Part shown: positions 12,644 to 26,600 of the stretch, in pieces
Layout of the letters: every line of letters begins with the position of its first letter
Numbering within the stretch: position 1 is the first letter of the stretch
Assembly (NCBI RefSeq): GCF_041146345.1
Contig: NW_027191408.1
Span: forward strand, 930,001-994,000
Direction: 5' to 3'
Length of the DNA: 64,000 nt
Source: Neodothiora populina
Lineage: Eukaryota
The notes under the pieces: generated by a model
Told to the model about the DNA's origin: nothing
What the model saw: only the letters and a program-made list of their open reading frames with translations
Database searches by the model: none
Made by a program: the position numbers and the translations under genes

Positions 12644-15600
12644 TCGCCGAGGATGCAATTGATTCGCCGCAATTGACCTCAGCCTACGAGGTTATGTAAG
12701 AGATGGCGTATACCACTTGTATGGCTGTGTTTATGAAAATATCTAGTATAATCGTTTTTGTTCATTGCAAGGCGTCCGGCGGTCATGGCCTCGATTGTCG
12801 AAGCTCCAATCAAGGGAGTTTGGACGATTAGGCCCATGGATGGGTGGATGTGTCTTTCAATATTGCGGTACGTTCTCCACAAGTTCGAGAGACGTACAAG
12901 AAACGTCGAAACACGATGGTACGACGACGATATCCAAACATGTCTGTGTTTACGATGTATTGAATAGAAGTACAATAGGTAGTGCTTATGCAGCAAACGA
13001 GAGCTAAAATAAATAATTGACCAGGTTCACCCCAGACGAATCAGGGTCCTTGTGACGTCATGTCAACACGTCTTCTCGCGTAGTCACGTGTCAAGCTCGC
13101 GTTATAGGTGTTTGGATATCCATTCAAGGTAGTCGCGCTTGAGGTATATACATATACATTCACCAATACTATTCGGCTTCGCCACTAGTAAAGAAGGTAT
13201 GCAGCATGAAAGAGCTTTAGATCGCCGGGACTGTGCAGCGCCTGGAAAGGTGGTCAAGATTCTCGAAGCTGAGTGACATGTTACAACGAGACTCGGCACG
13301 TCAAGGATTGTAATTAGTCGTAGTACAGTAGGGATTTGTACCTACCCAGCATATCACCACAAATCGACACGCCGACACGTGGAAGGAAGAGTAGGTTGGC
13401 CGGGAGAGCTAACATGGCGCGTACCATCGCACTGGAATCATTGATATTGTTAGAGACGTAGGACACGACACCCCAGATGGGATTCAGGGACCTTCATGCG
13501 CTCACCCAAGACTTGCTCCGCGGATAGAGCGGGACGTAGCACCAAACCACATGCTAATGGAGCAGCAGTCTGCGCGTCTGCGCGACAAAGGGGGGAACCA
13601 GCAGCACTAGACAGCTCAAACCCTGGTCGAGAAAGATATCTGTTGGCGAATGGGCATAGAAGGTAAGGTAACCAGATGTATGTGTACTCGAGGACCGTTG
13701 TTGATTACATCCCCATCTGTCTGTACCACAACGCGCGAGACTCTTGTCAAGGCCACTGTACCTCAGCACTCGGAAATTATATCCTCTCAGCTCTGCACCT
13801 GTACCTGACTCTCAATACCGCGGTTGTGGCTCAACGGGGACAAGGTAAGCACTTTGATTAAGGTAACACAAAACGGCAACGACTTCTGAGTGAGGAAACG
13901 GGACAACAAGAGTATCGTCGGCTTGCGCGACCAAACCAGTTCGCCATTCTAGCGATACCCCGAGAAAGCACAAGTATACCGGGAGAACTTTGCTTGGACG
14001 ACATCTGGTGTACTGTTACTGTACCTACCGTGCCGCTCGAAAGTATTAGCATCTTGTCCCATTGTATGATCTGCATTACGTATATTATATATCTAACAGC
14101 CAGCTGGGGGAAATCCGTGGATTGCAAATATGCCATTCGCATGATCTTCAGGGTCATCAGAGAGAGAGATCTTATTTACGCCACTAACCCTGTGTTGTTG
14201 AACTTGTTTGGTTACCTGACTTGATCGGCCGCCCGGCAGGCCGCATCGAATAGCGGCACACTTGCCTTGTAGCTGAAGTTGTCCGTCGGATTCGCTGGCC
14301 GGCCAGAATTTGCGACAAGGGGTCTTGATGTCCAAAGTCGGTCTGAGCAAACTAGACAGAGTTTCATGTCCGCTAAGACTGCACACGTAGTGTCCGCTAC
14401 TTTCTCCGGAGACTTAGTCTACGCGGAGCAAATGCAAGGGTCAACGCAATCGTTCCACAGCACGCATATACAGTGCATGTTCTGCTCGTCAATCTAGGTA
14501 CCACGTGCTCTAGGTGTCAGACAGAGGAGTCTTACCCTCGCCGAAGGGTCTCGGTAAATTTGCGAGCATACCGTTCGCGACATGCTCACTTCATTGGGTG
14601 CAGCAGTGGGCACACGAGGGAAAAATAATAAAACAAAAAAAAAGAGCACGTAAGCTAAGGAGCGACGGCGCGCGGTGTGGCGTTGGATGCTAAATCGGGC
14701 CATAGCAGAGACATATCTGGGCAGCTGTGAAATTTCAGCACTCTTAATCATGTTTCCAACGTCCTCGTATGACAACAAGATATGGATGATCAGAGAGGTG
14801 GGAAAGTCATTCATACACAGCCACAATTGTATGCTTGCTCGGAATAAGTCCCTTTACTGGTTAATGGATGCATCTAACGGACTCGCACGTTGCAGCACGT
14901 TTCACAATCTAGGCGAAACGCAGACGAGTCAAGGGCTTCCTTTAAATGCACCAAGGCTTGGACGATTGCGCCAAGGAGTGTTCGGGGCACAACGCCAGCT
15001 AAGGTACAGTATTGTAAAGCTACAAGTACCGGTACAGTAAGGTTCCCGTAGTGTGTAGCAGGAGTAGTAAGGCAGAGAAAAGAGAGGGGAGAGAGAGAGG
15101 GGCGGAGAAAGGCTACGAATGGATGGTGAACGTCTGAAAGGAGCGAGTCGTGCAGTGCTTTGAGTGAACAGTCGTATCTGTTGATCTGTTGGTCTAGGGA
15201 GTCTCTATTATGACCTTGCATTACCCTTTTGTACCGCCCTCTTCACCATAGTATCCCTTATTTTCTGCACGTCCTTGCTGTTGCTGTTCATGCAGTACAG
15301 TCTAGTCAGTGTACGGAGTAGTTAGCCTCACGACGACCTGCCAATGCCCCGTTAGACAGTTTCGATCATCATTATCGCTTGTCGCTGTCGTCGTTCTCGC
15401 AGTCGTCCGGCTTCAGGTTCAGGAGTGGCCCATCTCCATCTCTCAATCTCCTGGACACATCAGCATCGCTCGGATTCGAGTGTGACAAGGGCGGCGCGCG
15501 GCCCACGATCACTTTCTTACGCCATTAATCAACAGCAAGTCAAGCCGATAATCCCTCTGTAGTCTCATCTCGTTTTCCTGTACTTCTCATTGCTTATTGC

Positions 15601-15711
15601 TCTGGGCAGTCCAAGCGTCTGCGACACTGCATCAATCCACTCTCGCGCAATCCCATCAGTCAACTGACACGCTTGTCCTGAGCTGCGTCGCGATTTTGAC
15701 GGGTGTGCGCA

Positions 15712-18700
15712 ATGGAGTCGGAACTCTCCCCCACCGGCTATCCAGAGTCACCACTCGATGAGGATGAGATCTTTCTGTGTAAAGGCTGCGGCGAGGTATG
15801 CTATCACCACCCAATGCGATCGAATGGTCCACGTCGCCAAATGGTGAACTGATGATGCGTAGATACTAGAGCAAGGTCGAGCATTCGAACTAGGTATGCG
15901 TTGATGCCATAGCTCTGCTGCAGCATTGTGTTTCCCTTTCCACTGACTTGCTGACCCACTCCAGCTGGCCACCGATGGCATCTTACCTGTTTCCGTTGCC
16001 ACTCGTGTGGAACGCTACTCGACTCGGATGCCAATCTGCTGCTGTTGGGCGACGGCTCCCTCATCTGCAACAACTGCACATACAGCTGCAGCTCGTGTGG
16101 CAACAAGATCGAGGATCTCGCCATCCTCACGGGCGACCAGGCCTTCTGTGCCACCTGCTTCAAATGTCGGAACTGCAAGAAGAAGATCGAGAACTTGCGT
16201 TATGCGCGCACCAGCCAAGGCATCTTCTGTATGGATTGTCATGAGAGTCTGATGGCTCGACGGCGGAAGAAGGCGAAACAGTCAAGACAATCTGCGGCCG
16301 CCGCTGCTGCAAGCGCGAATCATCACAATACCATGGTTCTGGATAAGAGCCTACCAGCGCTGCCTCCGAGTGCGGTACCACAAAGCGCCCTACAGAGCTC
16401 GGTGGAAACGCCGCCTTCAGACTCGTATACAGACACGCCCGGCGAACACTCTCCCCGAAACAATTCCAGATTCCTCAACACGAACCGACAAGACGCTCCC
16501 CGCAGGGATGTCTCGCCAATGTCTGACGACGGCAGGAAGGGTAAGTCAAGACACGAAATTGCAATTGTCAATGCTGTTGTTGCTGACCATCTTCCCCTGT
16601 CAGAAACACTCACGCTACCCGCCAGCACCTACAAAGCGAACCGCGCCTCGCTTGTCTCATCCGTCATGTCTGCGACGGCCTCAGACAACGACGATGACCA
16701 AGCAGGCTTTCTTACAATGGCCTTCGATCCCAATCCCGCTCCTGGCCCGCCTCCCATGTCACAAAGGAGGATGCAGCACAACGACGAGACCCAACACACC
16801 CCTCGCACACGCGAGAATCTCTCGCCGAGGGACTACTTCAACAAAACTCCTCGTACTGATCACCGAGATAGACTGAGCATTGCCAGACCATCCTCGTCAC
16901 GATCTGTTTCCACTGAAAGAGAAGGAGTCATTCCTCGTCCGAAAAGCAGCAGCCCGCATGTTGCCTATCAAGACAAGTCGCGGCCATCAACAAGACGGGA
17001 CATATCCGAGCAAAGCACTCCCTCGCCTTCCACCATGGCTTCATCAACCGTGCCACCCACACAAGCCAGTGAGAAGCAAGAACGTCCTCGACCACCTCAC
17101 CTCAACAGCGCCTCGTACACTCTCGGCGGCTCTTCTGAGCCGTTCAAGCTACAAGAAGTGCCTCAGGATAGAAAGGTCCCGAGATCTAGCCCTCGCGTCG
17201 GTAATCGCTCTGACACCACTCTGGAAATCCTCAGCCAAACTCGCTATCAGCCGCCTGAAGAGTCCAACGTCTCTTCGTCGCCTGCGTCACTGGACACCCC
17301 GAGCTCTTCGTTTAACCCATTCGATGACCCCAAGCTGCGTGAGGCTACTTCGGGCCCCTCCTCGGCAACAAGACTCCCGGCGCGCGAGGACTCGCTACCA
17401 CCTGCAGCAAAGAAAGAGCGCGAAGCAGAGTCGACATCCAGGATCACTTCCCCGAACGGCACTCCCTCGACTTCCCTTGATGCCAGGCACCAACGCAATG
17501 AGTCCGCGAGTTCGTCTCAATACGTCGACGCTCCAGCAGAGGTCCCGGCCGAAGCTAGTCGATCCAACAACCAACCGTCTCTTGATTCTCCCTTGAAGAG
17601 CGGCAGTATCGACGGGCCGACCGCACCACCGAGAGCAGCCAGCCGCCCCTCAGCCCCGAGCAAATCTGTAGGCAACAACGACGACTTCATCGCACCGAGA
17701 CATCCTCCGCCACCCCCTTCAGCAGCGTCTACTGATCGTCCTCGCAACGAGTCTGTCAGCACCTCTCACAGCGATATCGATCGATCCGCCTACACCGCCA
17801 CATCCCCGCCCCCGCCGTCATGGCGTGGTCACCTTCCAAAGCACAGTGCTGGAGGAGATTTCTCCATGGAAGAAGAGATGGCACGAATCCTGCGAGGCGA
17901 GAACAAAGACAAGAAGAGGGAGGATGGCGACGGCACTTCGGTGCTTCGTCGTGTGTCGAATGCTGTCAAGCATGGACGCAGCTTCAGCGACAGATCTGTT
18001 CCCATTCACCACAAGACGCCGACACTCGGCTCCATTGAGATCAGCAGTCCCATTAACCTGGGCAGTCCCGCTTCTTCTGGAGGCATGAGGGATGAGATCA
18101 CTTCTCTCCGAGCCCAGCTGCGTCGTTCTCAGCAGAAAATCGCAGAGCTCGAAGCGGAGAAGATCGGGCTTGAGGAGCAAGTCACCACTTCTGCAGACAT
18201 CAAGCAGGTCAACACCGAGCTTCGTGAGAAACGCTCTACCATGGCCTTCCTTGATACTCAGCGCGAGATGGTGGTGCGCGAACTCGAAGTCATGACAGAT
18301 CACCTGTCCAAGGCCAAGGATACCAACCGACCACTGGATATCGAAGCTCTTAAGTCCGACGTGTTACAAGATTTCGCCCGATCCCTGCAAAAGCTGAAGG
18401 ATTCTATTGGAGCACAGGTCGAAGACCTGGTGCACAAGCGGAACGAGCTTACGGACGATATCGGTAGTCTTATCCAAGTCAAGGACAAGGGCTTACAGGA
18501 GTTCGAGAACCTGTCATCCAAGAACCATCAATTGGCAGAGTTGAACAACCAGCTTGTCACGAGCATCCAAGAAATGTACAGAGCGAACGCCGGTCGCCTG
18601 CAAAACGCACCTGGGTTCGAACGTTCGCCATTGACAAACGGACTCGGAATATACACCGCTGCCGGCAAAGCGGATATCGCAGATTTCCACAGCTTGAAAG

Positions 18701-19838
18701 CTGGCTCGCTCCAAGAGTCTTCGAGTCTACAAAACCTCCTGCCCGAAGGTGCAGACGCAGAACCAGCCACCATCCTCACTGCACCAAAAGTCGTGGATAT
18801 TCGCAAGGCGCAACCAAAGAAATTCTGGAAAAAGGGCTCCAGCGGCATTGGCAAGTCTGTGACCAAGGGTCTCAAGGGCGCATTTGCTGGTGGCAGTGAT
18901 CGCATGCCTATCAACACTGGCTCGTACGATCTTAATGGGATGCCCTACTCACAGATGCAGGCCGGACCCGGAGCTGTCATGGGTGATTCAGCACTCAATG
19001 CGAAGCAGGACGGCAAGGGAGGCTTTGGATTCTTCTCGTCCGGACAGAAGAACGGATTAAAACCCGGCACCACGGGCAGCAACTTGAAGAACAGCAGTTC
19101 GACGAATCTGCCCTCGGAAGCCGCCTCCGGTAAGTTGACCAGGCCGAGCGCTCCATCCCACAATTTGACTGACCTTGGTGTAGTATTGTTTGGCTCCGAT
19201 TTGCAAGATCGATGTGACTACGAGAAACGGGTAATCCCAGCTATCGTAACCCGATGCATTGAGGAAGTCGAACTACGGGGCATGGACATGGAGGGAATCT
19301 ATCGCAAATCCGGTGGTAGCGGTCAAGTAAAAACCATACAGCAAGGATTTGACAAGGATGGCAACTACGATATATCGGACCCGGACCTCGATATTCACGC
19401 AGTGACCTCCGCCTTGAAGCAGTATTTCAGGAAGTTGCCGAATCCGCTCATTACTTATGAGGCTTATGACGGAGTGCTTCATGCCGCGCAAATCACTGAC
19501 AAGGAAAAGCAAGCCACGACCATGAGGGCTGCCATGGATGCTCTACCCCAGGCACATCGTGTGGTCCTCGAGTTCCTGGTACAACATCTATGCAGAGTGG
19601 TGAAGATGGAATCGGAGAATTTGGTAAGTTTTCGGCATCACTTGTCCCCTTCGTTTGCATGCGGCGAATTGACCATTTCCCCTATCAGATGACGCCACTC
19701 AACCTCTCCGTTGTTTTCGCCCCCACCATCATGCGGCCCCTCTCGATCGAGCGCGAGATGTCGGACATGCAGGCGCAGCGCATGGCAGTGCAGGCACTGC
19801 TTGAGCACGCCGATACCGTCTTCGAGGCTATCGAGTGA
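15712..19838 (+). CDS. LIM-domain Rho GTPase-activating protein (Rga1/Rga2-like), 6 exons
   Basis: Two N-terminal LIM domains (CKGC...WHLTCFRC; CSSC...FCATCFKC), a coiled coil, and a C-terminal RhoGAP with arginine finger EGIYRKSG and MTPLNLSVVFAP. Confidence 0.92.
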
Positions 19839-21347
19839 GATCCCAGAACAAAACAAAAACCAAAAATGAAGGGATGATGATTTCTCTCCCCCACAGACGA
19901 AAGTAGAAATCAACGAGAAGATTTGCAGAGGGCATGAGTCCATTGATGACTGCGGTCTTTGAGGACATTGAAACTTATTTTCTTTTCTCGGCCTTTTTTT
20001 TCCTATGCCATAACACTCTCGCAGACATGAGAGGTAGATAGCCGCGTAGGAGTTGGTCCATTGTAATCCATTGTGGCAGTCGTGCTTAATTTTTTCTTCC
20101 ACTTCTTACCTCCCATGCCTTTTGCCTTGGTCTCAACCCCAGCTACCAGAAGAGGCCGCTCTGCTGTCCATGGGCTATTTATCCTACATGTTCATTGCGA
20201 TGAAGTAGCGTGGGTAGGGCCAGTGATTTCTTGCTTTCTTCGTCATGGAGGGGAGATACCTTGTCGTTATAATTCATCATAGAATGTCTACACAAACACT
20301 TCCTCGCAGTAAAAGACTGAGCATACCAGTACCGCCTTTCTAATACAAAGACTCGCAATCACACGCCTTGATGTTTCTGGTAGATCTCACATGGGACTTG
20401 TTCTAGAACAGTGCACTCAAAGACCGCGTGTATGTAGTTCCTTTCTTTGGGTTCTGTTTGGTTACAGCCTCGACTTTACTCGAGGGGGACCCTGTCTGTG
20501 AAGCCGAAGCTAAGTTCGCGTCATCCGAGAGAGTATTTCTTGTTGCTTCGGCGGAAGAGGAAGGGGGATCTATTGTTGAAGCAAGCTGTTTTTCAATGAT
20601 ACGTTTGTCTGTAGATGGAATGTATCGAATAGGTATGTATGGTTAGAGTCAGTGTGCTTGAGAACATCACGGAAAGCCAGGACTCTTGTAGTCTCCGGAA
20701 ATAGATATCGCAAGAAGCACACATGCAGCCATGCAACCATGCATTTACTTGATTCACTTCGCTATGCATAAGACTCGCGCAGATAAAGATGCAGCGAGAT
20801 TGTCCACCGCTGATTCTATAAACCACTAACGCTAGTGACTCGCCTTTGATTGATGTTCCCATTTACCAGGTACCCGAATCTCCCAACGCACTCACACGCG
20901 CGAGTCACTGCTCCTAATCACCGTGGCGTTTCCGGGTCCAAACCCCCACCTCCAGCTCCACAGTTCAAGTGAGGTGCAAGCAAGCACCTCCTCCTACTCC
21001 TCCTCCCCCGCACTAGGTTCGGACTCTTCGGCCGCTTATACCCGAGTGCAAGGAATGGTCTTTGGACGGAGGTTGAGTGGGGTTAATGTGATGTACAAGT
21101 ATCGTACTCGAATCGGTAGGCACGTCAGTCGAGATCGGTTTGGTGTGTAGGGCACTCTTACATAAGTGATTGGTGTCTTGACACCTCGGTTATCTTTGTC
21201 TTCTTTGCTTGCGTTGTTGTGTTCGTACATATTCCGCCAGCTGTGGTTCTTGAGCTGGGATTTGTTCTGTTAAAAGGTGTCTGTGATAGTGTGAATTGTG
21301 CAACTGCATTTGGGACGAATTCGAGATTGGGATAGTGTATCGTCAAG

Positions 21348-23410
21348 ATGTTTGTTGCTTGCTTATTGTCCTTGCTTCTGTGGGACTGGTTGGGCTGACT
21401 TGGAGGTTATAGGGTGTATACTGCTTCTTTTGCCTTCTTTGAGGCTATCTGGGAGGTGAGTGAGCGGATTTGCTTATCACTTGCTCTCACAATCGAACAA
21501 GCAGTCGATCTTGGTTCAATATGTTGACGCTGTGCGATCTAGGCCGGCATCACGCATTGCTTCGTCAACCTGGGATCTGATCATCCGAGTATCATCGAGG
21601 CTATTGTCAAAGGTCAGAATGAGAAGGAGGGCCAGTTTCCACGTATCATAACGTGTCCAAATGAGGTATGCCTTTTCCCATTACATCTGCATCTCACTTG
21701 AGACACAGCCGTGGGTGCTGAAGAACGATACAGATGGTCGCACTGTCAATGGCAGACGGGTACGCCAGACTCACGAACAAGCCTCAATGCGTGATCGTCC
21801 ACGTAGATGTGGGTACTCAAGGTCTGGGCGCTGCGGTGCACAACGCATCTTGCGGCAGAGCCCCAGTACTCATCTTTGCTGGTCTCTCTCCGTACACTCT
21901 CGAAGGCGAGTATCGTGGCTCGAGGACAGAATACATCCATTGGATCCAGGATGTCCCCGATCAAAAGCAAATCGTGGCCCAGTATTGTCGTTACACGGGC
22001 GAAATCAAGCGGGGCAAGAATGTCAAACAAATGGTAAACAGAGCATTGAGTTTTGCTACTAGCGAACCGCGAGGTCCCGTCTATCTCTATGGTTCACGGG
22101 AAGCTATGGAGGAGGATATCGAGCCTTACAAGCTCGATCAGAGATTCTGGAATCCCGTGGAGCCAACCGCGCTTGCCCGTAAACAAGTGGAAGACATCGC
22201 AGAGTTGCTCTCTAGCGCGGCAGCGCCACTCGTTGTGACCGGATACAGTGGTCGAAACCATGCTGCAGTAGCAGCTTTGGTCGGGCTTGCAGACACAGTC
22301 AAGGGACTACGAGTCCTCGACACGGGTGGCAGTGACATGTGTTTCCCTGCAGACCATCCCGCTTGGCTGGGCCTTCGTTACGGAATCGAGGACAACATCA
22401 AGACGGCGGATTTCATTCTAGTGGTCGACTGCGATGTTCCATGGATCCCAACTCAGTGTCGACCTGACAAGAACGCCACAATCATACATATTGATGTGGA
22501 CCCGCTGAAACAGCAGATGCCAACATTTTATATTGACGCAATGGCACGATACCGTGCCGATGCCGAGACTGCGTTTGCACAACTGAGCAGCTTCATCAAA
22601 GCGAACCTTGGAGAAAAACTCAACGGTGAAGTACACCAGGAGCGATGGACTAAGCTTCAGACATCTCACAAGGAGCGGCTCGATACTATTGCAAGCCTGG
22701 CTAAACCAGGTTCGGATGGTAGCTACGGATGCTCGTTCTTGATCAATCGCTTGAGAAGTCTTTGTCCTCCCGACACAATATGGGCCATTGAGGCTGTGAC
22801 GAACACGGCATTCGTCGCCGATCAGATCCAGGCCACTCTTCCTGGAAGCTGGATCAACTGTGGAGGCGGAGGCCTCGGATGGTCCGGAGGTGGCGCGCTG
22901 GGAATAAAACTCGCAAGCGACAATGAGCACGGAAAAGGAAAGGGGAAGTTCGTGTGCCAGATCGTAGGCGACGGTACATATCTGTTCAGTGTTCCTGGCT
23001 CAGTGTACTGGATCGCTCAACGCTACAATATCCCGATCTTGACAATTGTGTTGAACAACAAGGGCAAGTCTGAGAATGATGTTGTCACAATGTAGTTGTA
23101 CTAACAAATCGCAGGCTGGAATGCTCCTCGTAAGTCATTGCTCCTCGTCCACCCAGATGGCGAAGGTTCCAAGGTGTCCAACGAAGAACTGAATATCTCT
23201 TTTGCCCCCACGCCTGATTATGCCGGAATTGCGAAAGCTGCATCCGGCGGCCAATGCTGGGCTGGTGTGGCATCTACTGTCGAAGAACTCGAAAAGGTGC
23301 TTCCTGAAGCTATCGCTGCGGTCAAGGCAGGCACCTGTGCTGTTCTTGATGCTCATTTGGATGGGCCGCAAGGGAAGTTCGGAGGTGGCAAGGCTGTAAC
23401 AGTCGGTTAA
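21348..23410 (+). CDS. Thiamine-pyrophosphate-dependent enzyme (acetolactate synthase/decarboxylase-like family); exons 21348-21349, 21413-21455, 21543-21665, 21734-23063, 23115-23410
   Basis: N-terminus MVYTASFAFFEAIWEAGITHCFVNLGSDHP, conserved Glu in CPNEMVA, and TPP-binding motif GDG...NN (VGDGTYLF...VLNNKG). Confidence 0.92.
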
Positions 23411-23655
23411 GATATGAAGTGATGTACGTGAAGCAATTCATCTCGGACTAGAAGTAAACAAGAGGTGTGCATCAGTATACATCGTCGCAAGCCCAGAGAC
23501 GTTTCCGGCCGCAATTAGCATCGCGACTTCCACATTTGCAGCTCGATGCTGTCATTCATCATATCTCTCGATAAAATATATCACATCTTAGAACATCTCA
23601 CGCTCCAGCGTGTTGACGTTTCTCGACTCCCAGTCACTTTGTAAGTTATCCAAAT

Positions 23656-26600
23656 ATGCTCGCTGGTTTCCATGAAGCATTGACGACACCGTCTGGGTTG
23701 TGTGGTGTTTTCATCTTCTTCGTCGCCCATGCACTTGCTTTTCTCTGCCTCTTCAAGAAATATCCTATGCTATACTATCCTTCCCTATTCATGCTTGAGC
23801 CTGGCCGGTGTACACCAAGTGGCATTTTGCAGTGGGCCAAGCCACTTTTCACAGACGCAGATATTGTCCTCCAGCAACGAGGTCTAGACACTTACTTGTA
23901 TATACGCTATGTCAACATGCTTTACCGGATCATGTTGCCCATCACAATACTAGGAACGCCCGTTCTAATTCCGATGTACTACTTCGGTTCTAACGTTGAC
24001 CAACAAAAACGCATGGCAAGACTCACAGTCATCAACATCTCCACCCGGAATCGACCACTCATATTTGCAATTCTAGCCATTGGCACCCTTTTCGTCTTCT
24101 TTGTCTGCGTCTTACTTCGCATCGAACGCAACAATTACCTCCGGGTCCGAATAGCGCTTCTTGCTAATCCATATTATCGCATCAAACCTTCTTCTCGGAC
24201 TATATTAGTTCGAGATATACCTGATCATCAGTTGTCCACTTCAGCGCTCAGGGCGGTCTTTGGTGTTTCGACCGGAAGACTTGGCAACATTACGATAACC
24301 TTTTTCGAGGACTATTCTCGTCTTCACTCGCTTGAGCAGATAAGAGATCGACTGGTCGCGCAGCTCGAATATGGCGAGCTCTGGTACATTGGAGAAGCGC
24401 AAAGAGTATATCAGACTTCACATCTCAAGTCAGCAAGCGAATGGAACGAACTCGCCAGAGCAAAAATTGAGCCAGCGACGTCCGGTACGGCTACGTCAAG
24501 CCATATTGTACGAAGCTATACTGATAGTGCTTCGTCAGAAGTAAGACGATCCAATGCCAATCAACTTATTCGCGGAGACAAGCAGTCGCAGCCCTCAATG
24601 GTCGGAGCCCAGAGACGCTGTTTGGATCATGGACATGAGTCTGAGTCTACTACAGTACATAATCCTCATTGGAAGTCATGGTCATCACTTTCCATGGCCT
24701 CATCATCGAAGATTGAGAGCACTAGAAGCATCGGCTGTCATAGACGACACAAGCACAGTGACGAAATGCTCAACTATGGACATTGGGCTTATCACCAAGG
24801 AATGCAGCAAGATTATTGTGTCAGGACATTCGATGGAACTGAAGAAACTGCTCTTTACGCCCTTCAAAATCCATATTGTCCACTGAGAGCGCATTATGGG
24901 TATCCTAAGCTCTGGGCCACCCGACCTGGAAGATGTAGAAACCATCTTCACAGTCACGAGAAGGTCAATCTTTACCGCAGGTCCCTTTCACATCATGGGG
25001 TTGACGGCTGGAGCTCACCAGCCCAACACAGTCCCTTACTGAATTTTCTCGCGATAAGATCGACGAGCCAGCCGATGGATATGTTGCGATACAAAAGTGA
25101 GGTTGTGAATGCATCGAGAAGGGCACAAGTGAAGTGCAATGTAGCTTCGCCACGAGACTTGTATACATATGGACCATCTAAGGAGCATACCCGCCAAGTT
25201 GACTACTTTGGCAACGTGATCGACCCTGAAGGGGATATAGATTACGGCGACTGGTCCTTTGTCTTCGAAGCTCTGGTCGAGAAGTTGAATCTACAACAAA
25301 AGTTGCTTCCTCAGGTCTGGAGCACACCGAATACCCGCAACACCTCAGCTCGTCGAAGCCATTCACGGGCTTCTCTGAAGGATGTTCCAAAAACTCGTAG
25401 TGTTTCTTACCAAGAATTTGAAGCGGACTTCGGCCAACCTCCTACAGCACTCCCGCTGAGACTAAGCAGTAGTGGCAGGCAGCATTACATCAGACATATC
25501 TTGAAGCCGCGCAAGAGCCTTGCACTCGTGAACAAACAAATCAAGTCGTCTCAGTTAGAGTATCCGAGAAGGGTACCCCAATGTTTTGTTACTTTCGACT
25601 CTCCAGAACATGCTATCATAGCCAACGCTAAACGACTCCCGGCCACGATGGAATGCGCCACTGTAGAGATGGCACCCCATCCAGAGGACGTTCGATGGTA
25701 CGCAGTGGCTCACAGAGCGTGTCGGATACTGCCTTCTTGGCCTCGTCTCACAATCCATGCGTATCTGGCACTTGAGTCGTTTGCCTGGCTTGCTGATGCG
25801 GTCGACACGATAATAACCGAGATAGTTGTGAAGAGGATCAAGCACCCACCAATATGGCTTGTGTCACCCCTTTCGCCCATCTGGGGAATAGGCCTGAACC
25901 TCTACATAAACGTAATTATCACATTCACTAGCAGACTCTTACAGTGGTTGCTAGAGTTCAGATCGCCTGGCGAGTTCATACCAGCATCCAGAGCTGAGTT
26001 ACACGTCCGAGCGCAGTGGATGGTCTTATTCTGGACTCTCGCCTCACCGATTGGAACAGGTAAAAGTCCATCTATCTGCTTGCATCAAGACACGAAGAAG
26101 ATGCTGCTTGGACTGATCATCATTGGTAATGGTGCTTGTTTCTACCTCTTCGTCCAGGCAATGCAGGCTACAGTGTATATATGTCTTAAGCCCTCTGAGC
26201 TCTTGATACGCCTTGTAGCGCCTCCTGCTTTGACGCCGAGAAATGTCTTTCGCGAGAACACGCGGATAGTCCGGGTCGAATGGACATCTGCATATCTGTC
26301 TGTTTCGGTACCATTAATTGTTGGGCTGTGGTTAGGCCTCTCGACCCCGTTGATGCTACCCGTCTCCTGCGTATCAATGTTCATGGTGTCAATGAGCCAA
26401 CGGTACTCGGTCCTCTACACTAGAGCGACAGAGCACGACACCAACGGCGCTAGCTTCAGAGCCGCACTTGGAAGTGTGTTCGTAGGCCTGTACCTACTCC
26501 TGACTACGCTCGGAATAAGTATAGCCGGGCTCACCAACGACGCGAGCGGTGAACGTTGGGCACCAGGACACATCGCACTGGTCATTCTATTGATGGTCTT

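Noticed and set aside
20900..21420. Search for a TPP riboswitch in the 5' region of the TPP-dependent enzyme
   Set aside because: No CTGAGA/TGAACYTGAT core on either strand.
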